DNA from: Bacteroidaceae bacterium
GTDB lineage: Bacteria > Bacteroidota > Bacteroidia > Bacteroidales > Barnesiellaceae_A
Assembly (NCBI GenBank): GCA_017481745.1
Contig: JAFUOV010000012.1
Coordinates: 96,767-160,766, forward strand
Length of the DNA: 64,000 nt
Direction of reading: 5' to 3'
Position numbers and translations under genes: made by a program. Below the pieces are notes generated by a model. That model was not told the DNA's origin, ran no database searches, and saw only the letters and a list, made by a program, of their open reading frames with translations. Of the stretch, positions 1 to 9,807 are shown one piece after another (within the stretch, counting starts at the first letter, position 1; every line of letters begins with the position of its first letter).

Positions 1-1530
1 AGGATTGAGTACATATCGGTAATAATATGTTTGCTCGTTGTTGTTGGCTATCCATGCCGCGCTGTGGTCTTTGAGTACCTCCATCGACACATCGCGGCGG
101 TCTTTCTCCGACATTTCAAAAAGTACTTTTAGTGCGCTGTTGCGCTTCTCGGCAGGATATTCCGATAGGAATTGCGTAATGGTAGCATGATTGCCACGCG
201 ACTGCTTGATGAGTGTAGCCGTAAGTTTCTTATCTGTGCCCAGCGATTGAGCCAATGCGATAGCATCCTCCTCGGTGGGGAATGTGGCAACGTAGGCATT
301 GCGCATAGAGTCTTCTTGGGCAAATCGTTTTTTATTCAGTGCCACTTGCTCGGCAGTGAGCTCGGGCGTTGTGTTGCGCTCGGCAGGAGGCACGATATCC
401 ATTGTAAACGATGCTTCATAGCCGGCGCTCTTGTCAAGTGTGATAAGTATATCGTTCTCTTTTCCTGCCGACACTTTGCTGTATCCAAACATGCCGTCTT
501 TCGATGCCCATACCACCATATCACCACAGCCTGTTGTGAGCCATGCCTTGCCATTCTCGTCGCTCTCTTTGACAGCGGTTGAGTACAACTCGGAGTAGTT
601 ATAAATCTTAAACTCGACAGTTGCTTGCACCGGATTGCCGGCAGTATCTACAACTTGTACGGTGGTTGTTGCAGTGGGAGTATAGTTGGGTGTAACATTT
701 ATCTCGGTGTAGCAAGCGTTGCGACCAACGACCTCTTCCTCGCCGTTGTAGTTGCCAAACACATTGGTGTGCATGAGCATACCGCGTGATGCCGGGGCAT
801 TGAACCAACCCAAGTTGAGAACCGGCTCGGGTTCGCAAGCGCCCATAAAGTACCATTCGCCATCGACCCATGCCTCTACCCAAGCATGGTTGTCATCGGT
901 ATGTGCCCAGCGAGGTGTATATACTTGTCGGGCAGGAATACCCATGGCTCGCAATGCAGCAACGGTAAGGGTCGACTCTTCGCCACAGCGACCGTATGCT
1001 GTGCGAATAGAGGCAAGCGGTGAACTTGTACGCGCATCGGAGGGGGTATACGTAACCTTCTCGTGGCACCAATGGTTTATCTCAAGCACAGCATCGTACA
1101 TTGATAGGGTTTTCACTCTATCCTTCAACTCTTCATAGAAAACAGCACGACACTCGTCGAGGTTTTCGTTATTGACACGTGCCGGCAGCACAAAGTGCAG
1201 AAACTCTCTGTCGGGAACACGCTTACCCCATGGCATTTCGGCACGAGCGCGTAGGGCATAGTCGACATTCATCAGATGAAACTCGCCGGTGTAGTCGCTT
1301 ATGTCGGGCAGCGGCATATAGGCATATAGAAACTGCATAGCCTGTCGCTGTTCTACCGATAATTCCGAGTCGAAAATATCGAGATATCCACTCTCTTGCA
1401 ACTCGGTAGCACGACTTTCATAATCGCGTGTAAACTCTTCGCTGTTATTAAAACCCTCATTCAGAGAGCAACCGATAAGCGACAATAATGCTGCGTATAA
1501 AATTGTCAAGCCGAGGTTGTGTTTTTTCAT
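1..1530 (-). CDS. Transglutaminase-like domain lipoprotein (3' end outside the window)
   Basis: Not in the ORF track because there is no stop in the window. Manual translation from the ATG at 1530 gives MKKHNLGLTILYAALLSLIGC (lipobox) ... GRCGEESTLTVAALRAMGIPARQVYTPRWAHTDDNHAWVEAWVDGEWYFMGACEP, a transglutaminase-like Cys/His core. Confidence 0.85.
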   Translation of the reverse strand, partial: MKKHNLGLTILYAALLSLIGCSLNEGFNNSEEFTRDYESRATELQESGYLDIFDSELSVEQRQAMQFLYAYMPLPDISDYTGEFHLMNVDYALRARAEMPWGKRVPDREFLHFVLPARVNNENLDECRAVFYEELKDRVKTLSMYDAVLEINHWCHEKVTYTPSDARTSSPLASIRTAYGRCGEESTLTVAALRAMGIPARQVYTPRWAHTDDNHAWVEAWVDGEWYFMGACEPEPVLNLGWFNAPASRGMLMHTNVFGNYNGEEEVVGRNACYTEINVTPNYTPTATTTVQVVDTAGNPVQATVEFKIYNYSELYSTAVKESDENGKAWLTTGCGDMVVWASKDGMFGYSKVSAGKENDILITLDKSAGYEASFTMDIVPPAERNTTPELTAEQVALNKKRFAQEDSMRNAYVATFPTEEDAIALAQSLGTDKKLTATLIKQSRGNHATITQFLSEYPAEKRNSALKVLFEMSEKDRRDVSMEVLKDHSAAWIANNNEQTYYYRYVLNP

Positions 1531-1835
1531 GATATACTTGTTGGTCTATTGTTATTAGAAACTAAAGAGGTGCGCTTATTACATAATCGTCTATTGTCGA
1601 CCTCTTCTAAAACTTTTATTTGCTGATATATCGGTGGCATTGGTATTCTTTACGGTAATATTTGCCATAATCCATATCAACAGATAAAGTTTGTTGTGCA
1701 AAAATAAGAATAATTTATTAGATATGTAAATTCCAATAAGAGTTGCAAAGATTTGTCGAAAACAGGCAGGTACTTTCGTGGTGGTGAATATTCTTTATTT
1801 TGTTTCGCATCCATTTTCGTTTCTTTGTTGTATCT

Positions 1836-1911
1836 TTGTAGAAGATAGGATGCGGTTTGGAAGAATTCTCAAACAAGTTTGACCCTCTTCTCACACCTTT
1901 CACTATCTTTG
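1836..1911 (+). repeat. Palindromic intergenic element, copy 1, ending in a TATCTTTG -7 promoter box
   Basis: Terminal inverted repeat AAGATAG (1842-1848) / CTATCTT (1903-1909) and inner stem TCAAAC-aa-GTTTGA. The first 29 nt match 37891-37919 at 23/29 positions. Confidence 0.6.
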
Positions 1912-1931
1912 CATCTGATAGATAGTTGTCA

Positions 1932-3425
1932 ATGATTATGAAAAAGAGAATATTCCTTACGGGTGCAACCGGTGTGATGGGTTCGGCAGGATTGCGAGAG
2001 CTCGTCAAGTTGGGCGATAACTACGAGATTACACTCCTTGTGCGCCCTTCTTTGAAGAATAAAAAGAAGATGCGCCCATACCAGGCAATGCCGCAAGTGC
2101 GTATCGTATGGGGCGATTTGACTCGTTATAAGGACGTGCTGAAGGGTGTAACCGGCGCCGACTATGTATTGCACGTAGGTGGTATGGTATCGCCCAAAGC
2201 CGATAAATATCCCGAAAAGACACTGCACGTAAATGTTACTGCTGCCGAAAACGTGGTGCGAGCTGTCAAAGCGCAACCCAATGCCGACGAGATACGCACC
2301 GTATACATAGGTAGTGTGGCACAAACAGGACACCGTTGTCCTCCTATACATTGGGGACGTACCGGCGACCCTATCAATGTGAGTGTATACGACCACTATG
2401 CCATGTCGAAGTGTATGGCTGAACGTATCTTTGCCGAGTCGGGCTTGAAGCATTGGGTGAGCTTGCGCCAGACCGGTATTCTCTATCCCGAGCTGATACT
2501 CAATGGCGCCGATCCTATAACCTTCCATGTGCCGGTCGATGGCGTGTTGGAGTGGGCTACCAAGGAAGATTCGGGTCGTCTGTTGGCGCGCATTTGCGAT
2601 ACCGACTTGCCCGACAACTTCTGGCGACGTTTCTACAACATAAGCAGTGGCGAGAATTATCGTCTTACGCTGTATGAGTTTGAGGCATTATTGCTCAAAG
2701 CACTCTCGTGCCCACCGCCCGAGAAAGTGTTTGAACGTAATTGGTTTGCCACTCGCAACTTTCATGGCTATTGGTTCAGCGATGCCGATGTGTTGGAAGA
2801 GTATCTGCACTTCAGAGCCAATATACCCGTAGAGGAGTATTTCGACTCGTTGCGCAAGCAATTACCTTCGTTCTTCTCGTTGGCAAAGGTCGTGCCCGCA
2901 CCCCTTATCAAGTGGGGTATGGGGATGCTCACCCGCATGCGCCCCTTTGGTACAATGAGTTGGTTTGAGGATAACGATACGCAACGCATTAGGGCCTACT
3001 TCGGCTCACGAGAGGCTTGGGAAAAACTGCCCGATTGGAAGCATACCGACCTGTCGCGCCCCGATATGACACCTCGATTGCTCAAGCATGGCTACAATGA
3101 AGCCAAGCCTATGAGCGAGTGGAATATAGAGGATATGCAGCAAGCAGCCATGTGGCGAGGTGGCAAGTGCCTGTCGGAGACCATGACAGTGGGCGATGCC
3201 TATACCCCGTTGGAGTGGGAGTGTTACGACGGGCACCGATTTAAGGCTACTCCGGCGTTGGTATTGTTGGGAGGTCATTGGTGTCCCGAGTGTTTCCCCA
3301 TGCCATGGCAATACGACCGCGAGGCGCGCCACAATCCATTTCTCTCGCAAGTGTGGCATGCCAGCCACGATAAAGAGGAAGATAATGTATATGACGCATC
3401 AATTTTCGATTCATTTAAGAAATAA
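1932..3425 (+). CDS. NAD-dependent epimerase/dehydratase (extended SDR) with C-terminal zinc-ribbon
   Basis: Rossmann motif TGATGVMG, catalytic YAMSK, C-terminal WECYDGHRF...HWCPEC. Start is ATG 1932 or 1938. Confidence 0.85.
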   Translation: MIMKKRIFLTGATGVMGSAGLRELVKLGDNYEITLLVRPSLKNKKKMRPYQAMPQVRIVWGDLTRYKDVLKGVTGADYVLHVGGMVSPKADKYPEKTLHVNVTAAENVVRAVKAQPNADEIRTVYIGSVAQTGHRCPPIHWGRTGDPINVSVYDHYAMSKCMAERIFAESGLKHWVSLRQTGILYPELILNGADPITFHVPVDGVLEWATKEDSGRLLARICDTDLPDNFWRRFYNISSGENYRLTLYEFEALLLKALSCPPPEKVFERNWFATRNFHGYWFSDADVLEEYLHFRANIPVEEYFDSLRKQLPSFFSLAKVVPAPLIKWGMGMLTRMRPFGTMSWFEDNDTQRIRAYFGSREAWEKLPDWKHTDLSRPDMTPRLLKHGYNEAKPMSEWNIEDMQQAAMWRGGKCLSETMTVGDAYTPLEWECYDGHRFKATPALVLLGGHWCPECFPMPWQYDREARHNPFLSQVWHASHDKEEDNVYDASIFDSFKK

Positions 3426-3432
3426 AAGCACC

Positions 3433-3470
3433 AAGCAACCTCTTTGGTCGAGGGGTTGCTTTTTATTTTT
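3433..3470 (+). terminator. Intrinsic terminator
   Basis: Stem AAGCAACCTC/GGGGTTGCTT followed by a T-rich tract, just after the stop at 3425. Confidence 0.75.
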
Positions 3471-3534
3471 AGAAGTCAAGGTTTTATAGTGTAATTTTTT
3501 TGTTTAATCATTTCGCAGTGCCAAAAAATTACCC

Positions 3535-3542
3535 TACATTTG
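3535..3542 (+). promoter_or_regulatory. Bacteroidota sigma-A -7 box (TACATTTG)
   Basis: Matches TAnnTTTG about 50 nt upstream of ATG 3592. Confidence 0.6.
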
Positions 3543-3591
3543 CAAACGATGTATAAACCTGAAAGAAACTATTAACCTAAACCATAATAAC

Positions 3592-5469
3592 ATGATTAAA
3601 AAATTACTTCTCGGTATTGTAGCTGTAGCCCTCACAAGCGGTGCGGCTTTGGCAGATTTGCAGCCTGTTCAATTTATGAATAAAGGATTGGTTAAGAATG
3701 ATTTAACACAAAATCAATCGCAAAGTGTAAAACTTGGACGTCAAGCCGTAATCAAGGCTCCGGCTGCCGATGACACACAGATTTTCTTTGAAGATTTTGA
3801 AACATTTGATACAGAAACCATGGTGCCTCATGGCTGGGTAGCTGTTGACAATACAGTAGAAGGTGGCGTATTCGTTGCCAATATTCTTGAATCTTCGCAA
3901 GGCTATATTGAATCTTTCTCGGGCGACTTCGGTTTGGCTTCGATGTATAGCGACGAAAACTATCGCGACGGTTGGGCTATTGCTTCGGGTGTAAAACTTG
4001 AAGCCAACCACACTTACCACTTTGGTATTTATGCCTTTTGTCAAGGTTATCAAAAGGTGGTAGACGAGTGGGCTGTAACCATTGGTAATGCACAGACTGT
4101 TGAGGCTCAAACCAATATCGTTATAGATTGCACCGGTAAAAATGCAGTTGCCGATAAGGACTGGACACTGTATACCGGTACGTTTACTCCTACCGAAACA
4201 GGCACATATTATCCCGCTATTCACCACTGCACAACCGCTATGGGTGGTAACTTGTGCTTGTGGGACTACTTCCAAATTGATAGCGACCACGTTAGGATTT
4301 TGCCCCAAGGCTCTATGTTCTCGATAGGTGGTTTGTGGTCGTTGGATGGTCATACACAAGATGAAAATGGCGAAGTAGGTGTATATCGCCTCTACATTCA
4401 AGATGGCGACTCTCTTAAATATGGTTGCTATGCTACAAATTGCACCGGTGTAGAATGGGATTTTGGTGCTTATGCCACAACACCCAACAATATGGCTGCA
4501 CAACCCGTAGCAACATTCGACTTTGCATCTGCCAAGAAAGATGACGTTTATAACGACGTATTGCTTATTATGAAAAACGATGATGGTGAGTCGTATGCTA
4601 TGCGCGAATTCTTTGTAAACCGTCTGACTAATAATACTGTTTATTCCGATTTCGTGGGCAACTTCTGTCCCGAAGATGGTTTCTACCTCTACTCGGGTGG
4701 TGGCGACTATGATGCTTTGAGTGGTCTGAACGCCAACTATTACCGTTTTGCCGAGCGCTTCAATCTTCCCAAGGATGCTTCTGCTACTATCTCAGGTGCA
4801 TATATGATACCTTTGTATTACAACGTTTCTGTTATCAACAAGAATAAAGAGATTACTGTAAAAGTGCTCAGTGCCGACGAAAACAATATGCCTGCTGCAG
4901 AGGTTTATCGTGAGAATTTCAAAATTGGCGATGTATTTGGTACAAGCAACTTCCAACAAGCAGTTTTGACCGGCGTAGGTTTCAGCGAGCAAGCTCATGT
5001 GAAAGGTACATTCTTTATCGAATTTGAGTTTCCCGAAGGTATTAAAGTAGGCGGTAGCAACTACCTCTTCTTTGCAACCAGCAGCACTCGTGCCTTCCCC
5101 GAAGGCAACACTACTTACTACTACAATGCAGTAGGTACTGCCGACCGTCCTGCCGGTTGGTTGAGCGCAATAGACTACTACAAGGTGGGCGGTGGCGTTT
5201 CTACAGCCGTATATCCTTTGGTAACATTCCAAGACAAGACTGCTGTTGCAGCACCCAAAGTGAGCGACTGCACAGTATATGCCAACGGTGGCGAGATATG
5301 CGTGGTGAACGCGCCTCAAGGTAGCGATATCGTTGTTACCGACATAGCCGGTCGTGTAGTACTCAACGTAAAAGCCAATAGCGTGAAGACCAACATCAAT
5401 AGTGGTCTTAATGCCGGTATTTACATTGTAACAGTTGATGGTCAATCTACCAAGGTAGCTATTCGATAA
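3592..5469 (+). CDS. Secreted protein with cleaved-adhesin-like domain and T9SS type A C-terminal sorting domain
   Basis: Signal peptide; FFEDFE...GWVAVDN...TGTYYPAIHH adhesin-like motif; C-terminus VTDIAGRVV...GIYIVTVDGQSTKVAIR typical of a T9SS CTD. Confidence 0.75.
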   Translation: MIKKLLLGIVAVALTSGAALADLQPVQFMNKGLVKNDLTQNQSQSVKLGRQAVIKAPAADDTQIFFEDFETFDTETMVPHGWVAVDNTVEGGVFVANILESSQGYIESFSGDFGLASMYSDENYRDGWAIASGVKLEANHTYHFGIYAFCQGYQKVVDEWAVTIGNAQTVEAQTNIVIDCTGKNAVADKDWTLYTGTFTPTETGTYYPAIHHCTTAMGGNLCLWDYFQIDSDHVRILPQGSMFSIGGLWSLDGHTQDENGEVGVYRLYIQDGDSLKYGCYATNCTGVEWDFGAYATTPNNMAAQPVATFDFASAKKDDVYNDVLLIMKNDDGESYAMREFFVNRLTNNTVYSDFVGNFCPEDGFYLYSGGGDYDALSGLNANYYRFAERFNLPKDASATISGAYMIPLYYNVSVINKNKEITVKVLSADENNMPAAEVYRENFKIGDVFGTSNFQQAVLTGVGFSEQAHVKGTFFIEFEFPEGIKVGGSNYLFFATSSTRAFPEGNTTYYYNAVGTADRPAGWLSAIDYYKVGGGVSTAVYPLVTFQDKTAVAAPKVSDCTVYANGGEICVVNAPQGSDIVVTDIAGRVVLNVKANSVKTNINSGLNAGIYIVTVDGQSTKVAIR

Positions 5470-5487
5470 GACTATTTATATCAGCAC

Positions 5488-5526
5488 AAAAAAGCAGCGC
5501 CCCGAACTCGGGGCGCTGCTTTTTTT
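5488..5526. terminator. Bidirectional intrinsic terminator
   Basis: AAAAAAGCAGCGCCCCGA-ac-TCGGGGCGCTGCTTTTTT between convergent genes. Confidence 0.9.
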
Positions 5527-5560
5527 ATACTGAGAAGTAAACTATTTACTATGTCGGAGA

Positions 5561-6238
5561 TTACTCGTCCAACAATCCCGGGCGTAGACGGCGAGTGCGT
5601 TCAACGGCTTGTTCGTGTTTCCACTCGTCTATCTTGCGTTGATGTCCCGACAGCAGTACATCGGGAACGCGCCAGCCCTTGTATTCGGCTGGGCGGGTAT
5701 ATACCGGCGGAGCCAACAGATTGTCTTGGAAAGAGTCGCTCAGTGCCGATTGTTCATCGCCTATAGCACCGGGAATGAGGCGCACAATGGCATCGGCAAT
5801 GATGGCAGCCGGCATCTCACCACCGGTCAGTACATAATCGCCAATCGAGATTTCGCGCGTGATAAGGTGTTCTCTGATGCGGTAGTCTATCCCTTTGTAA
5901 TGCCCGCACAATATGATGATGTTTTCGAGCATCGAGAGCGAATTGGCAATGGGCTGGTCAAACAACTCTCCGTCGGGCGAGGTAAATATCACCTCGTCAT
6001 AGTGGCGTTGCTCTTTCAGGTACGATATGGCGCGGTCTACCGGCTCTATCTGCATCACCATACCCGCTTCACCGCCGAAGGGGTAGTCGTCTACGCGACG
6101 GTGCTTGTCGAGGGTGAAATCTCGCAAGTTGTGAACCACAATCTCGGCAAGACCCTTGTCTTGGGCGCGTTTGAGGATAGAGTTGTTCAACGGTCCGTCG
6201 AGCAACTCGGGTAATACGGTAATAATGTCTATGCGCAT
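5561..6238 (-). CDS. trmD: tRNA (guanine-N1)-methyltransferase
   Basis: [51 protein letters not shown]. Start moved to ATG 6238. Confidence 0.97.
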   Translation of the reverse strand: MRIDIITVLPELLDGPLNNSILKRAQDKGLAEIVVHNLRDFTLDKHRRVDDYPFGGEAGMVMQIEPVDRAISYLKEQRHYDEVIFTSPDGELFDQPIANSLSMLENIIILCGHYKGIDYRIREHLITREISIGDYVLTGGEMPAAIIADAIVRLIPGAIGDEQSALSDSFQDNLLAPPVYTRPAEYKGWRVPDVLLSGHQRKIDEWKHEQAVERTRRLRPGLLDE

Positions 6239-6254
6239 GCGATAACAACAATTT

Positions 6255-6800
6255 TTATACCAACATACCGGCTGCAACCTCTTGTGCCTTCTCTTCGCCA
6301 CACGATTGAGCTATCAATGACAAGGCAAAAGCTGTTGCCGAGGCAGGACCGTTGGCAGTGGTGATATTCTCATCTACCGAGCAACGCTCGCCTGTAACGA
6401 TAGCGCCTTCGAGGTTGTGCTCGAAACCGGGGTAACAAGTAGCACGACGACCATTGAGCAAGCCCAGCATGCCCAATATCGAGGGCGATGCGCATATAGC
6501 AGCCGTAAGACCACCTGCCTCAGCGTGGGCTTTTATAAGATTGCACAGAGGACGGCTTGCCGCCAAGTTGGTCATTCCGGGCATGCCACCGGGCAATATG
6601 AGCCACTCTACATCGTCAAAAGCTATATCTTGAGCCAGAGCATCGGCTACAACAGGAATACCGTGAGCACCGGTAACGACAGCCTTGTCGGTTACAGACA
6701 AAGTAACCAACGGCATTTCGGCACGACGCAATACATCTACAACGGTCAGCGCCTCGATTTCTTCAAAACCATCGGCGAGAAAAAGATACGATTTCTTCAT
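6255..6800 (-). CDS. DJ-1/PfpI (ThiJ/YajL) family glyoxalase/deglycase
   Basis: [20 protein letters not shown] nucleophile elbow, ATCYPGF. Confidence 0.92.
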   Translation of the reverse strand: MKKSYLFLADGFEEIEALTVVDVLRRAEMPLVTLSVTDKAVVTGAHGIPVVADALAQDIAFDDVEWLILPGGMPGMTNLAASRPLCNLIKAHAEAGGLTAAICASPSILGMLGLLNGRRATCYPGFEHNLEGAIVTGERCSVDENITTANGPASATAFALSLIAQSCGEEKAQEVAAGMLV

Positions 6801-7068
6801 ATACCTTTATTTTTAAAATTAAATGGCAGTGGCGCATACCCCACCAATTTACATTAAATTTATCTTCAGATAGCAAATATAGCAATTGCTTATTGTCGAA
6901 CAAAATATGAGCCGATTTTTTTCATTTTTTAGCACAACAATTTGCTCAAATATGCTCGATAAATACCTCCTGAGAGGGCGGGCGACTCACTCCGATGCAA
7001 AATGAGCAAAAAGATATTTTTTTATAAATAAAAGATGTGATATATTCTTTTTGCGAAAAACTTTTTTG

Positions 7069-7076
7069 TAACTTTG
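7069..7076 (+). promoter_or_regulatory. -7 promoter box (TAACTTTG) of the nuo/atp cluster
   Basis: TAnnTTTG 80 nt upstream of nuoA, with a TTTG at 7050-7053. Confidence 0.65.
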
Positions 7077-7156
7077 CGTGGATTTATGTTTGGAGGGAAT
7101 CCCTTTTTGAACTATATCTGAAAAATACAAAACAACAACAAAGGATAAATAGCAAT

Positions 7157-7507
7157 ATGAATTCAGCACTATTTGTAACCATCTTGGTTACAGCTATTGT
7201 AATGGTAGGAGCAGCTCTGCTTATAGCTTGGTTGCTTGCACCACGCTCATTCAATCCACAAAAAGGCGAAGCTTACGAGTGCGGTATTCCTACACGTGGT
7301 ACTTCATGGATGCAATTCAAGGCAGGTTACTATCTCTTTGCCATCCTCTATTTAATGTTCGATGTCGAGACAGTATTCTTGTTCCCTTGGGCAGTCATAC
7401 TGCGTGATGTAGGTGCGGCAGGTCTTGTCAGCATCGCTGTGTTTATGGTAATTCTTGTATTAGGTCTTGTGTACGCATGGAAGAAAGGAGCGTTGGAATG
7501 GAAGTAA
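7157..7507 (+). CDS. nuoA: NADH:quinone oxidoreductase subunit A
   Basis: K.EAYECG, YLMFDVETVFLFPWA, YAWKKGALEW; three TM helices; ATG at 7157. Confidence 0.96.
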   Translation: MNSALFVTILVTAIVMVGAALLIAWLLAPRSFNPQKGEAYECGIPTRGTSWMQFKAGYYLFAILYLMFDVETVFLFPWAVILRDVGAAGLVSIAVFMVILVLGLVYAWKKGALEWK

Positions 7508-8097
7508 AGAAATCGAAAATAAAAGCTATGCCTTACGAGGACTTCAAGGATAATGAGTCTCTCGAGCAAATGGTAGAAGAGCTTAATGCCGCCGGCGTAA
7601 ATGTTGTTGTAGGTGTTTTTGACGACGTAATCAACTGGGGACGTTCCAACTCGGTATGGCCCTTGGCTTTTGCAACAAGCTGCTGTGGTATTGAGTTTAT
7701 GTCGGTTGCCGCAGCACGTCATGATATGGCGCGTTTCGGATTTGAGGTAACTCGTAACTCTCCTCGTCAAGCCGACTTCTTGATGGTTGCCGGTACGATT
7801 GTGCATCGTATGGCACCTATCCTTAAGCGCGTTTACGACCAGTTGGCAGAGCCTAAATATGTAATTGCAACCGGTGCTTGCGCTGTGTCGGGTGGTCCGT
7901 TCCGTAGTTCATATCACACAGTACCCGGTATCGACCAAATACTCCCCGTCGATGTATATGTGCCCGGCTGTCCTCCACGTCCCGAGGCTATGCTGTATGG
8001 TATGATGCAATTGCAACGCAAAATCAAAGTGGAAAACTTCTTTGGTGGCGTAAACCGCAAACAAAAGAGAGAAGAATTCTTCAAAAACAAAGAGTAA
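7498..8097 (+). CDS. nuoB: NADH:quinone oxidoreductase subunit B
   Basis: TSCCGIEF, SPRQAD, GAC, VYVPGCPPRPEA (N2 cluster ligands); overlaps the nuoA stop. Confidence 0.96.
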   Translation: MEVKKSKIKAMPYEDFKDNESLEQMVEELNAAGVNVVVGVFDDVINWGRSNSVWPLAFATSCCGIEFMSVAAARHDMARFGFEVTRNSPRQADFLMVAGTIVHRMAPILKRVYDQLAEPKYVIATGACAVSGGPFRSSYHTVPGIDQILPVDVYVPGCPPRPEAMLYGMMQLQRKIKVENFFGGVNRKQKREEFFKNKE

Positions 8098-8147
8098 AAA
8101 TATTCTCTCAATAGCAATACGAAAACATACACCTTATATATAAATAT

Positions 8148-9776
8148 ATGGCAAGCATTCAAGAAAAAATAAGCAAGCTGATACCCGAAGCCACCTTTGC
8201 CGAGGCGCAAGTGCTACAAATATCGGTTCCTGATGCACAATGGCACAAGCTTGCAAAAGCCCTATATGAAGATACTGAAATGCCGTTTGACTACCTTACA
8301 ACCATCGTTGGTATGGATTGGGGCGAGACACTCGGCTGTTTATATTACCTCGAATCGACCAAGACCGGCAATCGCTTGTGTGTGAGAGTTGAAACATCGG
8401 ATCGTGAAAATCCTATGTTGCACTCGGTGAGCGACTTGTGGGAGTCGGCCAACTTCTACGAGCGTGAAGTGTACGACTTCTTTGGTATCGTCTTTATCAA
8501 CCACCCCGATATGCGCCGTCTCTTCTTGCGCCGCGATTGGGTAGGACATCCCCTTCGTAAAGACTACGATGCAAGCCCCGAGTTGAACCCTGTTCGCTTG
8601 CACCACGAAGAGGCTTACGACACCACCGTCTCGTATGTAGAGCAACCCGATGGCTCAATCAAAAAGACCGAGCCGGTGATATTTGCTCCCGACGATTATG
8701 TGGTGAATATAGGTCCTCAACACCCCTCAACTCACGGTGTATTGCGCTTGCGTTGCTCGCTCGATGGTGAGTTTATCAAGAAAGTAGATCCCTACTGCGG
8801 ATACATTCACCGCGGTATCGAAAAGATGAGCGAATCGCTCACATATCCTCAAACCCTCCACTTTACCGACCGTCTTGACTATCTTTCGGCAATGCAAAAT
8901 CGCCATGCCTTGTGTATGTGTATCGAAGATGCTTTGCAAGTAGAGATACCCGAGCGTGCTCAATATATACGTACAATCAACGACGAGTTGATGCGTATAT
9001 CGTCGCACTTGCTCTTCTGGGGTACTTTCTGCAACGACTTGGGTAGTACAACAGCACTTATCTACGGTTTCCGCGAGCGTGAGATGGTACTCGATATTCT
9101 TGAGGAAACAACCGGTGCACGTATGTCATTCCACTACAATAAGATAGGTGGTGTGATGAATGATATTCACCCCGATTATCAACGCAAAATCAAAGAGTTC
9201 TGCAAGATAATGCCCGAGCGCCTTAAAGAATATCACCGTTTCTTTACAGGCAACGTCATCGCACAAGGTCGTATGCACGGCATCAGTGTTATCTCGAAAG
9301 AGCGTTGTATTGCACACTCTATGACAGGTCCTTCAGGTCGCGCTTCGGGCTGGGCTTGCGACGTGCGTAAACGCATACCCTATGCACTATACGATAAGGT
9401 AGAGTTTGACGAGGTATTGCGCACCGAGGGCGATATCTATGCACGTTACATGGTGCGTATGGACGAGATTTTGCAATCTATTCGCATCATTGAGCAGCTT
9501 GTAGACAATATTCCCGAAGGTCCTGTAGCCGAGAAGATGAAACCCATCATCAAGTTGCCCGAAGGTCAATGGTTCCGCCAAGTAGAGGCAAGCCGTGGAG
9601 CATTCGGTGTATTCATCGAAAGTCGTGGCGACAAGTATCCCTATCGCTTGAAGTTCAATTCGCCGGGTATGATGCTCGTGGCATCGCTCGACGAGGTGTG
9701 TCGCGGTGGTAAGATTGCCGACTTGATAGCCGGTGGTGGCTCGCTCGACTATGTGATACCCGATATTGACCGATAA
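8148..9776 (+). CDS. nuoCD: NADH:quinone oxidoreductase fused subunit C/D
   Basis: NuoC motifs EREVYDFFGI and GHPLRKD; NuoD motifs NIGPQHPSTHGVLRL, GYIHRGIEK, RLDY and terminal DIDR. No NiFe CxxC pairs. Confidence 0.96.
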   Translation: MASIQEKISKLIPEATFAEAQVLQISVPDAQWHKLAKALYEDTEMPFDYLTTIVGMDWGETLGCLYYLESTKTGNRLCVRVETSDRENPMLHSVSDLWESANFYEREVYDFFGIVFINHPDMRRLFLRRDWVGHPLRKDYDASPELNPVRLHHEEAYDTTVSYVEQPDGSIKKTEPVIFAPDDYVVNIGPQHPSTHGVLRLRCSLDGEFIKKVDPYCGYIHRGIEKMSESLTYPQTLHFTDRLDYLSAMQNRHALCMCIEDALQVEIPERAQYIRTINDELMRISSHLLFWGTFCNDLGSTTALIYGFREREMVLDILEETTGARMSFHYNKIGGVMNDIHPDYQRKIKEFCKIMPERLKEYHRFFTGNVIAQGRMHGISVISKERCIAHSMTGPSGRASGWACDVRKRIPYALYDKVEFDEVLRTEGDIYARYMVRMDEILQSIRIIEQLVDNIPEGPVAEKMKPIIKLPEGQWFRQVEASRGAFGVFIESRGDKYPYRLKFNSPGMMLVASLDEVCRGGKIADLIAGGGSLDYVIPDIDR

Positions 9777-9807
9777 AATATGTAAATCCTAAATAAACGA
9801 AAACACC

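Noticed and set aside
7498-9776. Group 4 [NiFe] hydrogenase (Ech/Hyf/Mbh) instead of complex I
   Set aside because: The large subunit has no N- or C-terminal CxxC Ni ligands, NuoB has the tandem CC of complex I, and NuoA/J/K are present.
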